Positions 51,152 to 61,223 of a stretch of 64,000 nt of DNA are shown here, one piece after another. The stretch's first letter is position 1; every line of letters begins with the position of its first letter. The position numbers were made by a program, and so were the translations under genes. The DNA lies in the NCBI GenBank assembly GCA_040386775.1, contig JAZKEU010000017.1, positions 85,464 through 149,463 of the forward strand, read 5' to 3'. Source of the DNA: Bdellovibrionota bacterium (GTDB lineage Bacteria > Bdellovibrionota > Bdellovibrionia > Bdellovibrionales > JAEYZS01). A model generated the notes under the pieces. It saw nothing but the letters and a program-made list of their open reading frames with translations, was not told the origin of the DNA and did no database searches.

Positions 51152-52327
51152 ATGACATCGGAGTTACAATTGAACAATAAATTATTGATAAAATTATTGA
51201 TAGTGGACGATAGGAAAGAAAATATTTTTTCCTTGAAATCATTGCTCGAAGATACTGGCGCTGAAATTTTTTCTGCAAGCTCTGGTGCCGACGCTTTAGG
51301 TCTTATGATTGACAATGACTTTGCTTTGGCACTTGTAGATGTCCAAATGCCAGAAATGGATGGCTTCGAACTTGCCGAGCTTATGCATGGCGCAGATAAA
51401 ACAAAAAATATTCCGATTATATTTGTGACAGCCGCTTCAGAGTCTTCGGGATTCGCATTTAAAGGTTATGAAAGAGGTGCCGTTGACTTTATGTATAAGC
51501 CAATCAACCCAGCTATTCTTAAAAGCAAAGTTCGCATATTTATGGAGCTCGATGCCCAGAAAGAACTTCTTCAATTTAAAATGAAAGAGTTAAGGCATGC
51601 CAAGGAAGCTGCGGAAAATGCGAATCGATTAAAGTCTGCATTTTTAGCTAACATAAGTCATGAAATTAGAACTCCACTCAATGCGATTATAGGCTTCGCG
51701 GATATCTTGAGCGCTGAAAATATTGCCTCAGAAGAAAGAATCGAGTATTCGACAATTATTTCTCGCAATGGAAAATCATTGGTGTATATCATCAATGATA
51801 TTTTGGATTTATCTAAAGTAGAAGCTGGTCACATAGAAATAGAGAATATAAATTATTCTCCACAACAAGTAGTTAATGAAGCTTTAGATCTCATGATTGT
51901 AAAAGTAGACAAAAAAAATATCGCTTTAAAAATGAATGTTTCTAAAAATTTTCCGCAAACATCTGTAGCAGATCCGACGAGATTAAAACAAATTCTAACC
52001 AACATCATTGGCAATGCCATTAAATTCACGGAGAAAGGTAGCGTTACCGTGTCTCTTTCTTACTCAGAAGAAGACCAAATGCTCTCTTTTACAGTTGAAG
52101 ACACGGGGATGGGAATTGCTAATGACCAGGCAGAAAAGCTTTTCAAGCCTTTCATGCAGGCAGACAATTCTATTACCAGAAAATTTGGAGGCACGGGGTT
52201 AGGGTTAGTATTAGCAAAACGCCTAGCTCAACTTATGGGTGGTGATGTGGTACTTTTAAAAACCAATATCAACGAGGGAAGCTCTTTTGTTATCAAGATC
52301 AAACACTCTGATGGCAATTCTCTTTAA
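51152..52327 (+). CDS. Receiver-histidine kinase hybrid (REC, HisKA, HATPase)
   Basis: The ATG at 51152 follows AGAGG. REC domain (LLIVDDRKEN ... LVDVQMPEMDG ... YKP). H-box ISHEIRTPLN. HATPase motifs DTGMGI and GGTGLGL. Confidence 0.9.
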   Translation: MTSELQLNNKLLIKLLIVDDRKENIFSLKSLLEDTGAEIFSASSGADALGLMIDNDFALALVDVQMPEMDGFELAELMHGADKTKNIPIIFVTAASESSGFAFKGYERGAVDFMYKPINPAILKSKVRIFMELDAQKELLQFKMKELRHAKEAAENANRLKSAFLANISHEIRTPLNAIIGFADILSAENIASEERIEYSTIISRNGKSLVYIINDILDLSKVEAGHIEIENINYSPQQVVNEALDLMIVKVDKKNIALKMNVSKNFPQTSVADPTRLKQILTNIIGNAIKFTEKGSVTVSLSYSEEDQMLSFTVEDTGMGIANDQAEKLFKPFMQADNSITRKFGGTGLGLVLAKRLAQLMGGDVVLLKTNINEGSSFVIKIKHSDGNSL

Positions 52328-53118
52328 AAAAATACCAATCGTAGAGCTGCCAATATCAGAGCTACGCTCAAAAGTCTTACAATGGTTGTACCCTTCACCC
52401 GTGAAGATAATTTTGCTCCAAATGGTGCGCCTAGCGCAATTCCGGCTGCAATATAAAAGACCACCGGTTGATGAAAGGTTAAAGTTTGATTGATGTAGTG
52501 TTCAGCACTGGCCACAATTGTCGAGACTGCTAGTATAGTGTGCGAAGTTGCTACTGCAACGTGAGCAGGGAATTGAACTACTTCGATCAAAAAAGGGACG
52601 TGGATGATTCCACCACCAAGTCCCAAAACGCTTGCAAATATTCCAACAAAAAAACTCCCTATAGTGCCTAGAATGTAAGTTTTTCGATTCGGATTGAGTT
52701 GATGAGTATTGACGGTGGAACTTGGTTTTGGCTTCTTAATAAAAAGATAGACACCCATGATAAATAAAAAAGCACCAAAGGATGTCTCATAGGTATTTCT
52801 ATTTAGCATACCATTTAGTTGTACGCCTAGCCATGCGCCGGGAAGACTGGCCAGGGAAAATAAAGCGGCTGAGCGCAGATGGACTTTCTTTTTTATCAAA
52901 TAGGAAATGGAGCCCACCGTAGAATTAATTGCAACACAGAATAAACTTATGGCGGTAATATGCTGAGGGGGCAATTCAGGGTAAAGAGCGAGTAACACGG
53001 GAATCAAAATAATTCCTCCGCCAATACCCATGAGTGTTCCTAGAATTCCAACGCTTAAACCTAAAATAAAAAATAATAATAAACTCATTACGAATTCATA
53101 ATTACTTAACAGGGACAA
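52324..53118 (-). CDS. TauE/SafE family (sulfite exporter-like) permease
   Basis: 264 aa, polytopic. Duplicated motifs GTLMGIGGGIILIPV and VLGLGGGIIHVPF. The stop overlaps the convergent kinase gene by 4 nt. Confidence 0.85.
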   Translation of the reverse strand: MSLLSNYEFVMSLLLFFILGLSVGILGTLMGIGGGIILIPVLLALYPELPPQHITAISLFCVAINSTVGSISYLIKKKVHLRSAALFSLASLPGAWLGVQLNGMLNRNTYETSFGAFLFIMGVYLFIKKPKPSSTVNTHQLNPNRKTYILGTIGSFFVGIFASVLGLGGGIIHVPFLIEVVQFPAHVAVATSHTILAVSTIVASAEHYINQTLTFHQPVVFYIAAGIALGAPFGAKLSSRVKGTTIVRLLSVALILAALRLVFF

Positions 53119-53354
53119 TATTGGAATTAATATTTGTAGTTACTTAAACCTTATGATGCTAGAGTCCTAAAACTTGAAAAAATAGGACAAATTCACGCGG
53201 TGGGTTGGAACTCTGTTCTTTCAATAAACTTGCTTATTGTTCATTGCGATAATCACACAATCTTACGGTAGCTGCATTTTTTAGTGTAAGCTAAGGTATA
53301 ATCTTTGGAGGTCTTATTTCGCTCGAACTCAATCAAATATTTTTTATTATAATT

Positions 53355-55106
53355 ATGATGGGCGCACTTTATCTTTTCATTTCCGAGAAAGTGCGCGTTG
53401 ACGTGACAGCTGTCTTAGTGATTTTGGCCTTGGTCATAACTCGTATTTTAGATCCAAAAGAGGCATTGAGCGGTTTTTCAAGTGAACCCGCCATCATCGT
53501 GGCAGCTGTATTTGTACTCTCAGGAGCTCTAGCCACAACGGGCGTAACGGATTGGATTGGGGAAAAGGTCAGTCTCGCGGCAGGTAAAAGCGAGTGGAGA
53601 GCCATTTTGGTATTTATGTTTGTAGTGGCATCATTGTCGGCCTTTACTCATCATTTGATGATCACCGCGATGATGCTTCCTGTGGTGATGAAATTTTGTG
53701 AAGAAAAAAAAATAGCGTCTTCTAGAGTTCTTATACCTATGGCGACGGCCGCTTCTCTTGGAACCACCATGACCATCATCAGTGCTCCAGCATTTTTACT
53801 CGCGGCTAGTATTTTAAAAAGATCCGGTGAGCCGGCTTTAGGTGTGTTTTCTGTTTTTCCTCTGGGGATAACGCTCACTTTGATGAGCATTGTCTTTATT
53901 ATTTTAATTCGATGGATATTACCTAAAAGATCTGGAGAAAGTGGTTTAGAAAATAAATTTCAAATCGAGCAGTTCTACACAGAGCTGGTCATACCACAAA
54001 ATTCAAAATGGATTGGAGTGGAATACAAAGAATTTTCAGCCAGCACGGAAAAGCGTTTTGATGTCGTTGACTGGGTCAGGGAAGGGGCGACGAGAAGTCC
54101 TATTTCTTCCAGCCACACTATTAAGGAGGGAGATCTTTTTTTAGTCAAAGCTTCTCCTGAAGAGATAGTTTCTATTGATGAAAAGTTAGGGTTGGCTTTA
54201 AATCCCGTTAAAAAATATGCGCAGCAAATACAGACAGAAGAGGGTTCCAAAGAGCAACCCGCACTTTTGCAAGCTATAATTTCGCCCACTTCGCGACATA
54301 TAGGAAAAACTATAGCCAACATTAATTTTTTACGATTGTACGAACTGATCGTAGTTGGTGTATGGAGAAAAAATGGCTGGTTGAAAGAAAAACTTTCTGA
54401 AACAAAAGTTAGACCAAATGACTTGCTAGTATTTTGGGGAAAGAACAATGGCTTTGATCGACTTATTGCCTCTCAAGATTTTTTATTTTTAAATCCTTTG
54501 AGTGTTGCCGGAAAAAAACGTGCTAAAATCTGGGTGGCAGCCATAATCATGATTACGGCCATTGTTTCTGCTGCCTATGATTGGCTTCCCCCACATATTT
54601 CTTTTTTAGCTGGCGCCATTATGATGGTATTGACCGGTTGTGTTTCACTTGAAAAAGCTTATGAATCGATCGAAGTGAAAATTTTTGTTATGATTGCGGG
54701 AGTAATTCCGCTAGGTATAGCTATGGAAAAAACTGGGGTTGCAAATCTGATTGCTAGTAATTTATCTCAGATTATAGGCTCATGGTCGCCATTTTATGTG
54801 ATGCTCATGCTTTTCACGTGCGCAGCACTTCTCACACAAATTCTTTCCGATGCCGCGACCACTGTACTCTTGGCTCCGGTAGCGATCCTACTCGCTAATA
54901 AATTGCAGATCTCTCCAACTGCCGCTGTCATTACCACAACGGTTGGAGCAGTAGCTTCTTTCTTAACTCCTATTGGTCATCATGGAAATTTGTTGATTTT
55001 AAGTCCTGGTGATTATCGATTTGTGGATTTTTTAAAAGTTGGATTACCTCTGACTATTTTAATAGCAGTTGTAACCTCATATTTGAGTTTACAATTATTT
55101 AGTTAA
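53355..55106 (+). CDS. SLC13/DASS-type anion permease with two central TrkA-C (RCK_C) domains
   Basis: 583 aa. N- and C-terminal polytopic halves flank two soluble modules (... GDLFLVKASPEEIVSI ... and ... NDLLVFWGKNNGFDRL ...). No in-frame alternative start upstream. Confidence 0.8.
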   Translation: MMGALYLFISEKVRVDVTAVLVILALVITRILDPKEALSGFSSEPAIIVAAVFVLSGALATTGVTDWIGEKVSLAAGKSEWRAILVFMFVVASLSAFTHHLMITAMMLPVVMKFCEEKKIASSRVLIPMATAASLGTTMTIISAPAFLLAASILKRSGEPALGVFSVFPLGITLTLMSIVFIILIRWILPKRSGESGLENKFQIEQFYTELVIPQNSKWIGVEYKEFSASTEKRFDVVDWVREGATRSPISSSHTIKEGDLFLVKASPEEIVSIDEKLGLALNPVKKYAQQIQTEEGSKEQPALLQAIISPTSRHIGKTIANINFLRLYELIVVGVWRKNGWLKEKLSETKVRPNDLLVFWGKNNGFDRLIASQDFLFLNPLSVAGKKRAKIWVAAIIMITAIVSAAYDWLPPHISFLAGAIMMVLTGCVSLEKAYESIEVKIFVMIAGVIPLGIAMEKTGVANLIASNLSQIIGSWSPFYVMLMLFTCAALLTQILSDAATTVLLAPVAILLANKLQISPTAAVITTTVGAVASFLTPIGHHGNLLILSPGDYRFVDFLKVGLPLTILIAVVTSYLSLQLFS

Positions 55107-55611
55107 GCTCAGAAGTTCTTTGGCAGAAGGCTTTAGGCAAAGGAACCATTTCAAATTTATCGTCGCCTCCAGCCAGAGCTTCCAAGAAAAGAGTTTTTTC
55201 TTCGTTTCCGCAACCGCCTTCAATAACAAAACCTTTGTTTTCCAATATCAGGTTTCCACTTTTATTGAGGCTGACTTGAACACGTCCACCATCACATTCA
55301 ATTCCGCAATAATTGTCTTCTTCATTGCATAAAAAGAATCCGCGGTAGTTTTTAAATTCATGTTTTTTGCCTTTTAGGGTTACTTCAACTTCCATAATTC
55401 TAGTTTCATACTTAGAATCTGTACGTTTAGATCTTACAAATTTAGATTGGATTTTTTGTACAGTTTGTTTGTCATGAGATTTTAAGTAGTCAGCCCCATA
55501 TTCACGGCCGTAACAGGCAGGTTCATTCAGGTTTAATTTAGAAAATACACCGTCAGTTGCGAGTGAAGTTTGTGAAGCAAGAAGTGTAATGCCTATGATA
55601 ATATGTTTCAT
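55099..55611 (-). CDS. Hypothetical secreted cysteine-containing protein
   Basis: The ATG at 55611 follows AAGGA with 8-nt spacing. Signal peptide MKHIIIGITLLASQTSLA. The track ORF extends to 55662. Confidence 0.5.
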   Translation of the reverse strand: MKHIIIGITLLASQTSLATDGVFSKLNLNEPACYGREYGADYLKSHDKQTVQKIQSKFVRSKRTDSKYETRIMEVEVTLKGKKHEFKNYRGFFLCNEEDNYCGIECDGGRVQVSLNKSGNLILENKGFVIEGGCGNEEKTLFLEALAGGDDKFEMVPLPKAFCQRTSELN

Positions 55612-55818
55612 TTTTTTGTCCTTTGGGTTTTGGTGGTAGATACTTAGCATAAAACTGGGCAAATTGTCTTGTGTATAAAACCCAAATATTACTTTCTTTA
55701 TACTTTAAGGGCTTTAAGAGTAGCTTTAAACCTAATTTGGGCTATCTTAGATAGGATTACTATTGCTGTTGCGCAAAAATTGCTTTGCGAAACCTTTGAC
55801 AAGAATACCCATATCATA

Positions 55819-56397
55819 ATGAATAGTCGGATGCTAAAAATTCGCCCTTTTAAACAGGCAGATCTAAAGGCCATACGCCAGTTCACGGACCGTGAAATTG
55901 GAGCTGGTTATTACTCTGAAAAAGAAATTCAGAGCATTTTTGAGAGGTCGTCCAAAAATGGCGTTATGTGTTCTCTTCTTCTTGAGGACTCCAACGGTGA
56001 AATTCGCGGAGTTAGAATTTCTTATCCCCAAGGACAATGGAAGCATGGAAAAGGAAAAGGACTCTGTTCGGAAAAATGGCCGCACTCTCTTGAGGAAACT
56101 GCTTACTTCCAATCTTCATTCATTTCGACAGATCTCCAAGGACAGGGTTGGGGCGGAAAGATTGCGCAGGAAGCTCTCTTTGCGTTAAAGGAAGTTGGCG
56201 CTAAAGGTGTTGTTTGTCATTCTTGGAAAGAAAGCCCAAATGGTTCATCAACACGTTATTTAAAAAAAATAGGTTTTGAATTGATCAAAGAACATCCGGA
56301 GTATTGGAAAGAAGTGGATTACAACTGCACTCGTTGCGGAAAACCACCATGTCTTTGCACGGCTCAGGAGATGTATTTAAATTTAGAAAATATTTAG
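55819..56397 (+). CDS. GNAT family N-acetyltransferase
   Basis: LKIRPFKQADLKAIRQF start and a Q/RxxGxG/A-like segment LQGQGWGGKIAQEA. Start uncertain (55819 or 55831). The track ORF from 55669 adds an implausible leader. Confidence 0.65.
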   Translation: MNSRMLKIRPFKQADLKAIRQFTDREIGAGYYSEKEIQSIFERSSKNGVMCSLLLEDSNGEIRGVRISYPQGQWKHGKGKGLCSEKWPHSLEETAYFQSSFISTDLQGQGWGGKIAQEALFALKEVGAKGVVCHSWKESPNGSSTRYLKKIGFELIKEHPEYWKEVDYNCTRCGKPPCLCTAQEMYLNLENI

Positions 56398-56445
56398 AAT
56401 TATAGTGGTCATCACAGTGACCACTGAGATCAGAGGGGAAAAAGT

Positions 56446-57618
56446 ATGAGTACTTCATATTGGTTAGATCGCAGTCCGAATAAAGAAAAAAAAATTTACG
56501 ATGTTGTTATCGTAGGAGCTGGAATTTCTGGATTATCAACAGCCTATTGGATGAACAAAGAAGATCCTTCTTTAAAAATTGCAATCGTTGAGAAATCGAG
56601 ACTTACTTTTGGCGCTAGCGGAAGAAATGCCGGATTTGTAACTTGTGGATCTGTTGAACACTTCAACCGTATGATCGGCAAACATGGATTAGATCAAGCT
56701 GTAGACATCTGGAGATATTCAGAAACAAATCTTAAACTTTTACAAAGTGAAATCATTCAAGATAAAGCTGCGGCGCTCGAGTTCGAACAAAACGGTGCAT
56801 ACTCACTTGCGGCTCAAGAAAACGAATATGCGGAACTTGCTGAGGTTGCAAAGATTATGGCAGGTCTTGATATAAAAACCGAAACTTTCAATTCTGAACA
56901 AATTAAAAAACTTGTAGGTGCAACAAACTTTGTGGGCGGAATCAAGTATATGGATGATGCTTCAGTAAATCCGGTTAAACTTGTTAATGAAATGGCTTCC
57001 AAAGTAAAGGCTGATATTTTTGAGTTAACAGAAGGTTATGAGATTACGCAAACCGATGAAGGCACGAGAATTTTAAAGACAGACAATGGTGATTTTGAAG
57101 CTCCGATGATTGTTATCAACTTGAATGGTTATTCTTCAACATTGCATCCGTATTTCAAAGATAAAATTTATCCAACGCGTGGCCAATGCTTAATGATGGA
57201 GAGAGTTCCGAGATTTATGGAAGGTCCTTGTTATGCAAACTTCTACCTGGATTATTTCAGACAAATTCCGACTGGTGAATTATTGATTGGTGGATTTAGA
57301 CAAGTGGAAAAAGAAACAGAAACTGGTTGTTCAGATCATATCACTGATCCTATTCAAAACTCTTTGCATGATTTTGTGATGACTCATCTTCCCCAGTACA
57401 AAAACGCAAAAGTGACTCACAGATGGTCAGGAGTGATGGGCTTTTCTAAAGACGGCGAGCCAATGATTGGATCAATACCAGATGACAATCAAATTTTCTT
57501 TGCTGGTGGATACACGGGGCATGGAATCGGTATGGCATTCCATACTGGAAAATGTTTAACGGATCTCGTATTTGGTCGTGAAATTCCAAAATGGATTTCT
57601 GCGCGTAGATTTGCCTGA
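56446..57618 (+). CDS. FAD-dependent oxidoreductase (DAO / D-amino-acid oxidase-like family)
   Basis: N-terminal dinucleotide-binding motif DVVIVGAGISGLSTA. 390 aa. C-terminal GGYTGHGI pattern. Confidence 0.85.
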   Translation: MSTSYWLDRSPNKEKKIYDVVIVGAGISGLSTAYWMNKEDPSLKIAIVEKSRLTFGASGRNAGFVTCGSVEHFNRMIGKHGLDQAVDIWRYSETNLKLLQSEIIQDKAAALEFEQNGAYSLAAQENEYAELAEVAKIMAGLDIKTETFNSEQIKKLVGATNFVGGIKYMDDASVNPVKLVNEMASKVKADIFELTEGYEITQTDEGTRILKTDNGDFEAPMIVINLNGYSSTLHPYFKDKIYPTRGQCLMMERVPRFMEGPCYANFYLDYFRQIPTGELLIGGFRQVEKETETGCSDHITDPIQNSLHDFVMTHLPQYKNAKVTHRWSGVMGFSKDGEPMIGSIPDDNQIFFAGGYTGHGIGMAFHTGKCLTDLVFGREIPKWISARRFA

Positions 57619-57716
57619 TCCTAATACAGCGCTCGCTATGGCGAGCACTATTGAAACACAACTTGATTATACATAAAGGAGCATAGTGCTTGCCACAGCA
57701 AGCACTGAAATAGGAT

Positions 57717-60700
57717 ATGACTTTATCAGATCTCTCAATTAAAAAACCGGTTTTTGCATGGATGTTGATGTTTGGTCTGATCACTTTTGGTGCGATCAGC
57801 TTTACCCGTATGGGTGTGAGCGAGATGCCTGATGTGGAATTTCCAATCATCGCTTTGACTGCCAGGTATGAAGGCGCCGCTCCGGAAGTGATTGAAGCTG
57901 ACGTGGTAGATCCTTTAGAAGACGCTTTAGTCAGTATTCAAGGAGTCAAGAATGTCACTTCGAAGTCTAGAGTAGGTGTTGCAGAGATCACAGTGGAATT
58001 TGATTTGAATCGCAATATCGATGCTGCTTTTCAGGATGTTCAAGCCAAGATTTCTCAAATTCAAGATATGCTTCCAACAGAGATGGAGCCGATTTCCATT
58101 ATGAAAATCGCCATGTCTGAGTTTCCGATCATGTGGATTTCTGTTAAGAGCTCAACCATGCAGCTCAATGATCTTATGGTTTATGTGAAAAATGAAATCA
58201 GAGATCACATCACGACAGTCCCTGGTGTAGGGAATCTTTGGATGCCAGGATATTTAGAACCAAATCTTAGAGTTTGGGTAGACAATAAAGCTCTTCAAAA
58301 CTACGCGCTCTCGATCACGGACATTGTAAACACAATAAAAACTGAGCACACGGAACCGCCCTCAGGTCGCGCAGAATTTGACAAGAAAGAATATTCTTTG
58401 AGAACGTTAGGTGAAGAAAAAACTGTAGAGGGTTTTTCTAATATTCTTATTAATTCTCGTGGCGGCGGTCCGAACTACAATCCTGTTCCTCTCAGTCGAG
58501 TTGCAAAAGTGGAAGAGGGAACTGTTGATATCATGCAGTTTGCCAGAACCAATGGTGAAACAGCTGTGGGTCTTGGAGTTGTAAAGCAAAGAGGGGCGAA
58601 TGCCGTTAGCGTTGCAAAGGCAGTGAAAGCTAAAATTGCAGCTATTCAAAAGATTTTGCCTGAAGGTACGACGATGGTTGTAAACTTCGACGGAACAAAG
58701 TTCGTTGAAGAAGCTGTTCAGGAATTAATTTTAACTTTAATTCTTGCGGCCATTCTTACTTCTCTAGTTTGCTGGATATTTATTGGTTCTTGGGCTTCAA
58801 CGCTGAATGTTTTGCTAGCGATTCCAACCTCTGTTCTCGGAAGTTTTATTATTTTATCTTTTGCTGGCTTTACTTTAAATATTTTTACTCTTTTGGGTTT
58901 AAGTTTAGCGATTGGTATTGTTGTCGATGATGCCATTATGGTTTTAGAAAATATTATTCGTCATCGCGAGATGGGAAAACCTCGCAAGGAAGCTGCTATT
59001 TTTGGTGCGAGAGAAATTACTTTTGCAGCAATGGCGGCCTCGGTGGCTTTGGTTGCAATTTTTCTTCCGATTGCTTTTATGGAAGGAATTATCGGAAAAT
59101 TCTTGTACCAGTTTGGTGTTACGTTAAGTGCTGCCGTGATGATTTCATTGCTTGAAGCCTTAACTCTTACTCCCATGAGAGCGGCGCAATTTAAAGGAGA
59201 CATTGAACGTCATTCTAAATTTGGTAAATTCTTTGAAGCGAGTTTTGTAAAAGTAAAAGATTTTTATGAGAGAACTTTGACTTCCACTTTGAATCACCGT
59301 TGGAAAGTGTTAATTGCATCTCTTGTTTTCTTTGTATTGAGTTTTGGGTCCGTTGCTTTTTTAAAGGGCGAATTTCAACCAGCCCAGGATCAAAGTATGT
59401 TGATGATCCAAATGACAAATCCTCCCGGTTCGGCGATCACTCTGACGGATGAGAGAGCTAAGCTTGTAGAAAAATATTTGGCAGAACGTTCAGAAGTGAA
59501 TACATTCTTCTTAGCCGCTGGTGGTTTTACTGGTGGTGAGACTTATGCAGCAATTATATTCATTGAGATGAAGCCAAAAGGCAGTCGTGGAATTGATGCC
59601 AAGAGTGGCAAAGAATTAACTCAGCAAGAATTTATCGCAGTCGTCAGAGATTTCTTAAACGAAACCATTCCAGAATCAAAACCTCAAGTCCAAGATCCAT
59701 CCACTCAAGGTTTTGGAGGGAGTGGTAACGGATATCCTGTGGAATTTACGATTCAAGGACCAGATTGGATAAAGCTCAGTGAGTACGCTGAAAAAATCAT
59801 GGAAGAATTGAAAACTAAAAAATTAATGACTGATGTGAACTCAGATCTTTTAACTGGAGCTCCTGAAATTCACATTGTACCAAATCGTCAGAAAGCCTCT
59901 GAAAGAGGCGTCGATATTACATCTGTTGGAGCTGTCGTGAATGCAACAATGGGTGGGGCGATTGCTGGCTCTTATGAAAAAGGTGGGCATCGTTATGATA
60001 TCCGAGTTAAACTCACCGACGAAGCCAGATCTCCGGTAGAAAGAATCAAAGAACTTTATGTACGTAATAACCGCGGCGAGATGATTTCATTAGCAGATGT
60101 TGTAGATGTTAAAGAAGAAGTCGTAGCCTCATCGATCTCTAGAAAAAACAGGGAAAGAGCGATTACAATTTTTGGAAACCCTGGTGATAAATTAAGTCAG
60201 CAGGAAAGTTTAGTGAAGGCCGAAGAAACTGCAAAAAATGTTCTTCCAGAAGGTTACACATTCAACTTGAGCGGGTCAGCAGAAGAAATGGAAAGAAGTT
60301 TCTTGGGACTATTGATTGCAATGGGAATGGGATTCCTGGTTGCATACATGGTACTTGCTTCACAGTTTGATAGCTTTATCGATCCATTTACAGTGTTCGT
60401 AGCAATGCCATTCAGTTTCTCGGGAGCGTTCTTAGGACTTCTTATCGGAGGACAAACAATCAACTTATTCAGTATGATTGGTTTAGTGCTGCTGATGGGT
60501 ATTGTGAAAAAGAATTCCATCTTGCTTGTGGACTTTACAAATCAAGTGCGCGATCACGAGAAAAAAGATGTATTGTCATCGCTTCTAAAGGCTTGTCCAA
60601 ATCGCCTACGTCCAATTCTTATGACTTCGATTGCGACGATTGCAGGAGCTTTGCCAGCAGCAATGAGTTTTGGACCGGGAGCCGAGGCTCGTCAGCCTAT

Positions 60701-60827
60701 GGCAATTGCAGTGATTGGTGGTGTGTTGGTTTCAACATTATTAACACTGTATGTGGTTCCTATAGTGTATAGCTTATTCTCAAAATTTGATAAGAGATCT
60801 CGTCAAAAAGAAGAATTGGAGGCTTAG
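57717..60827 (+). CDS. RND family efflux permease (AcrB/HAE1-like)
   Basis: 1036 aa with the 12-TM/two-large-loop architecture and a typical N-terminus LSDLSIKKPVFAWMLM. Confidence 0.95.
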   Translation: MTLSDLSIKKPVFAWMLMFGLITFGAISFTRMGVSEMPDVEFPIIALTARYEGAAPEVIEADVVDPLEDALVSIQGVKNVTSKSRVGVAEITVEFDLNRNIDAAFQDVQAKISQIQDMLPTEMEPISIMKIAMSEFPIMWISVKSSTMQLNDLMVYVKNEIRDHITTVPGVGNLWMPGYLEPNLRVWVDNKALQNYALSITDIVNTIKTEHTEPPSGRAEFDKKEYSLRTLGEEKTVEGFSNILINSRGGGPNYNPVPLSRVAKVEEGTVDIMQFARTNGETAVGLGVVKQRGANAVSVAKAVKAKIAAIQKILPEGTTMVVNFDGTKFVEEAVQELILTLILAAILTSLVCWIFIGSWASTLNVLLAIPTSVLGSFIILSFAGFTLNIFTLLGLSLAIGIVVDDAIMVLENIIRHREMGKPRKEAAIFGAREITFAAMAASVALVAIFLPIAFMEGIIGKFLYQFGVTLSAAVMISLLEALTLTPMRAAQFKGDIERHSKFGKFFEASFVKVKDFYERTLTSTLNHRWKVLIASLVFFVLSFGSVAFLKGEFQPAQDQSMLMIQMTNPPGSAITLTDERAKLVEKYLAERSEVNTFFLAAGGFTGGETYAAIIFIEMKPKGSRGIDAKSGKELTQQEFIAVVRDFLNETIPESKPQVQDPSTQGFGGSGNGYPVEFTIQGPDWIKLSEYAEKIMEELKTKKLMTDVNSDLLTGAPEIHIVPNRQKASERGVDITSVGAVVNATMGGAIAGSYEKGGHRYDIRVKLTDEARSPVERIKELYVRNNRGEMISLADVVDVKEEVVASSISRKNRERAITIFGNPGDKLSQQESLVKAEETAKNVLPEGYTFNLSGSAEEMERSFLGLLIAMGMGFLVAYMVLASQFDSFIDPFTVFVAMPFSFSGAFLGLLIGGQTINLFSMIGLVLLMGIVKKNSILLVDFTNQVRDHEKKDVLSSLLKACPNRLRPILMTSIATIAGALPAAMSFGPGAEARQPMAIAVIGGVLVSTLLTLYVVPIVYSLFSKFDKRSRQKEELEA

Positions 60828-61223
60828 ATGTCAGTAGAATCAGCAAAGCATGTAGGTGGCTTAGCTTATGATATAAAATTGCCAGAATTTTTAATCCGTG
60901 TGGATGTTAAAGAAAAGCAAGGCGGTGCAAACTCTGCTCCTGATCCCCACGATTATTTGGAAGCGGCACTTGCAGGATGTACTGCCATCACAGTTCAGAT
61001 GTATGCAAATAGAAAGGGTATTCCTCTTGAAAGTGTAGACGTTAAAATTTCGATCACGAAAGAAGGCAAAGAGGGAAATGAAATTACAAGAGAAGTGAAG
61101 TTTAAAGGCAACCTCACCGAAGAACAAAAAACTATGTTGTTAGCTATTGCTGAAAAGTGCCCAATACACCACTTCCTAGTTCGTGGTGCGAATATTCGTA
61201 CCACGCAAATGGTTGAGTCATGA
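60828..61223 (+). CDS. OsmC family peroxiredoxin-like protein
   Basis: 131 aa. OsmC pattern with the conserved cysteines in LAGCTAIT and AEKCPIHH. Starts 1 nt after the RND stop. Confidence 0.85.
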   Translation: MSVESAKHVGGLAYDIKLPEFLIRVDVKEKQGGANSAPDPHDYLEAALAGCTAITVQMYANRKGIPLESVDVKISITKEGKEGNEITREVKFKGNLTEEQKTMLLAIAEKCPIHHFLVRGANIRTTQMVES

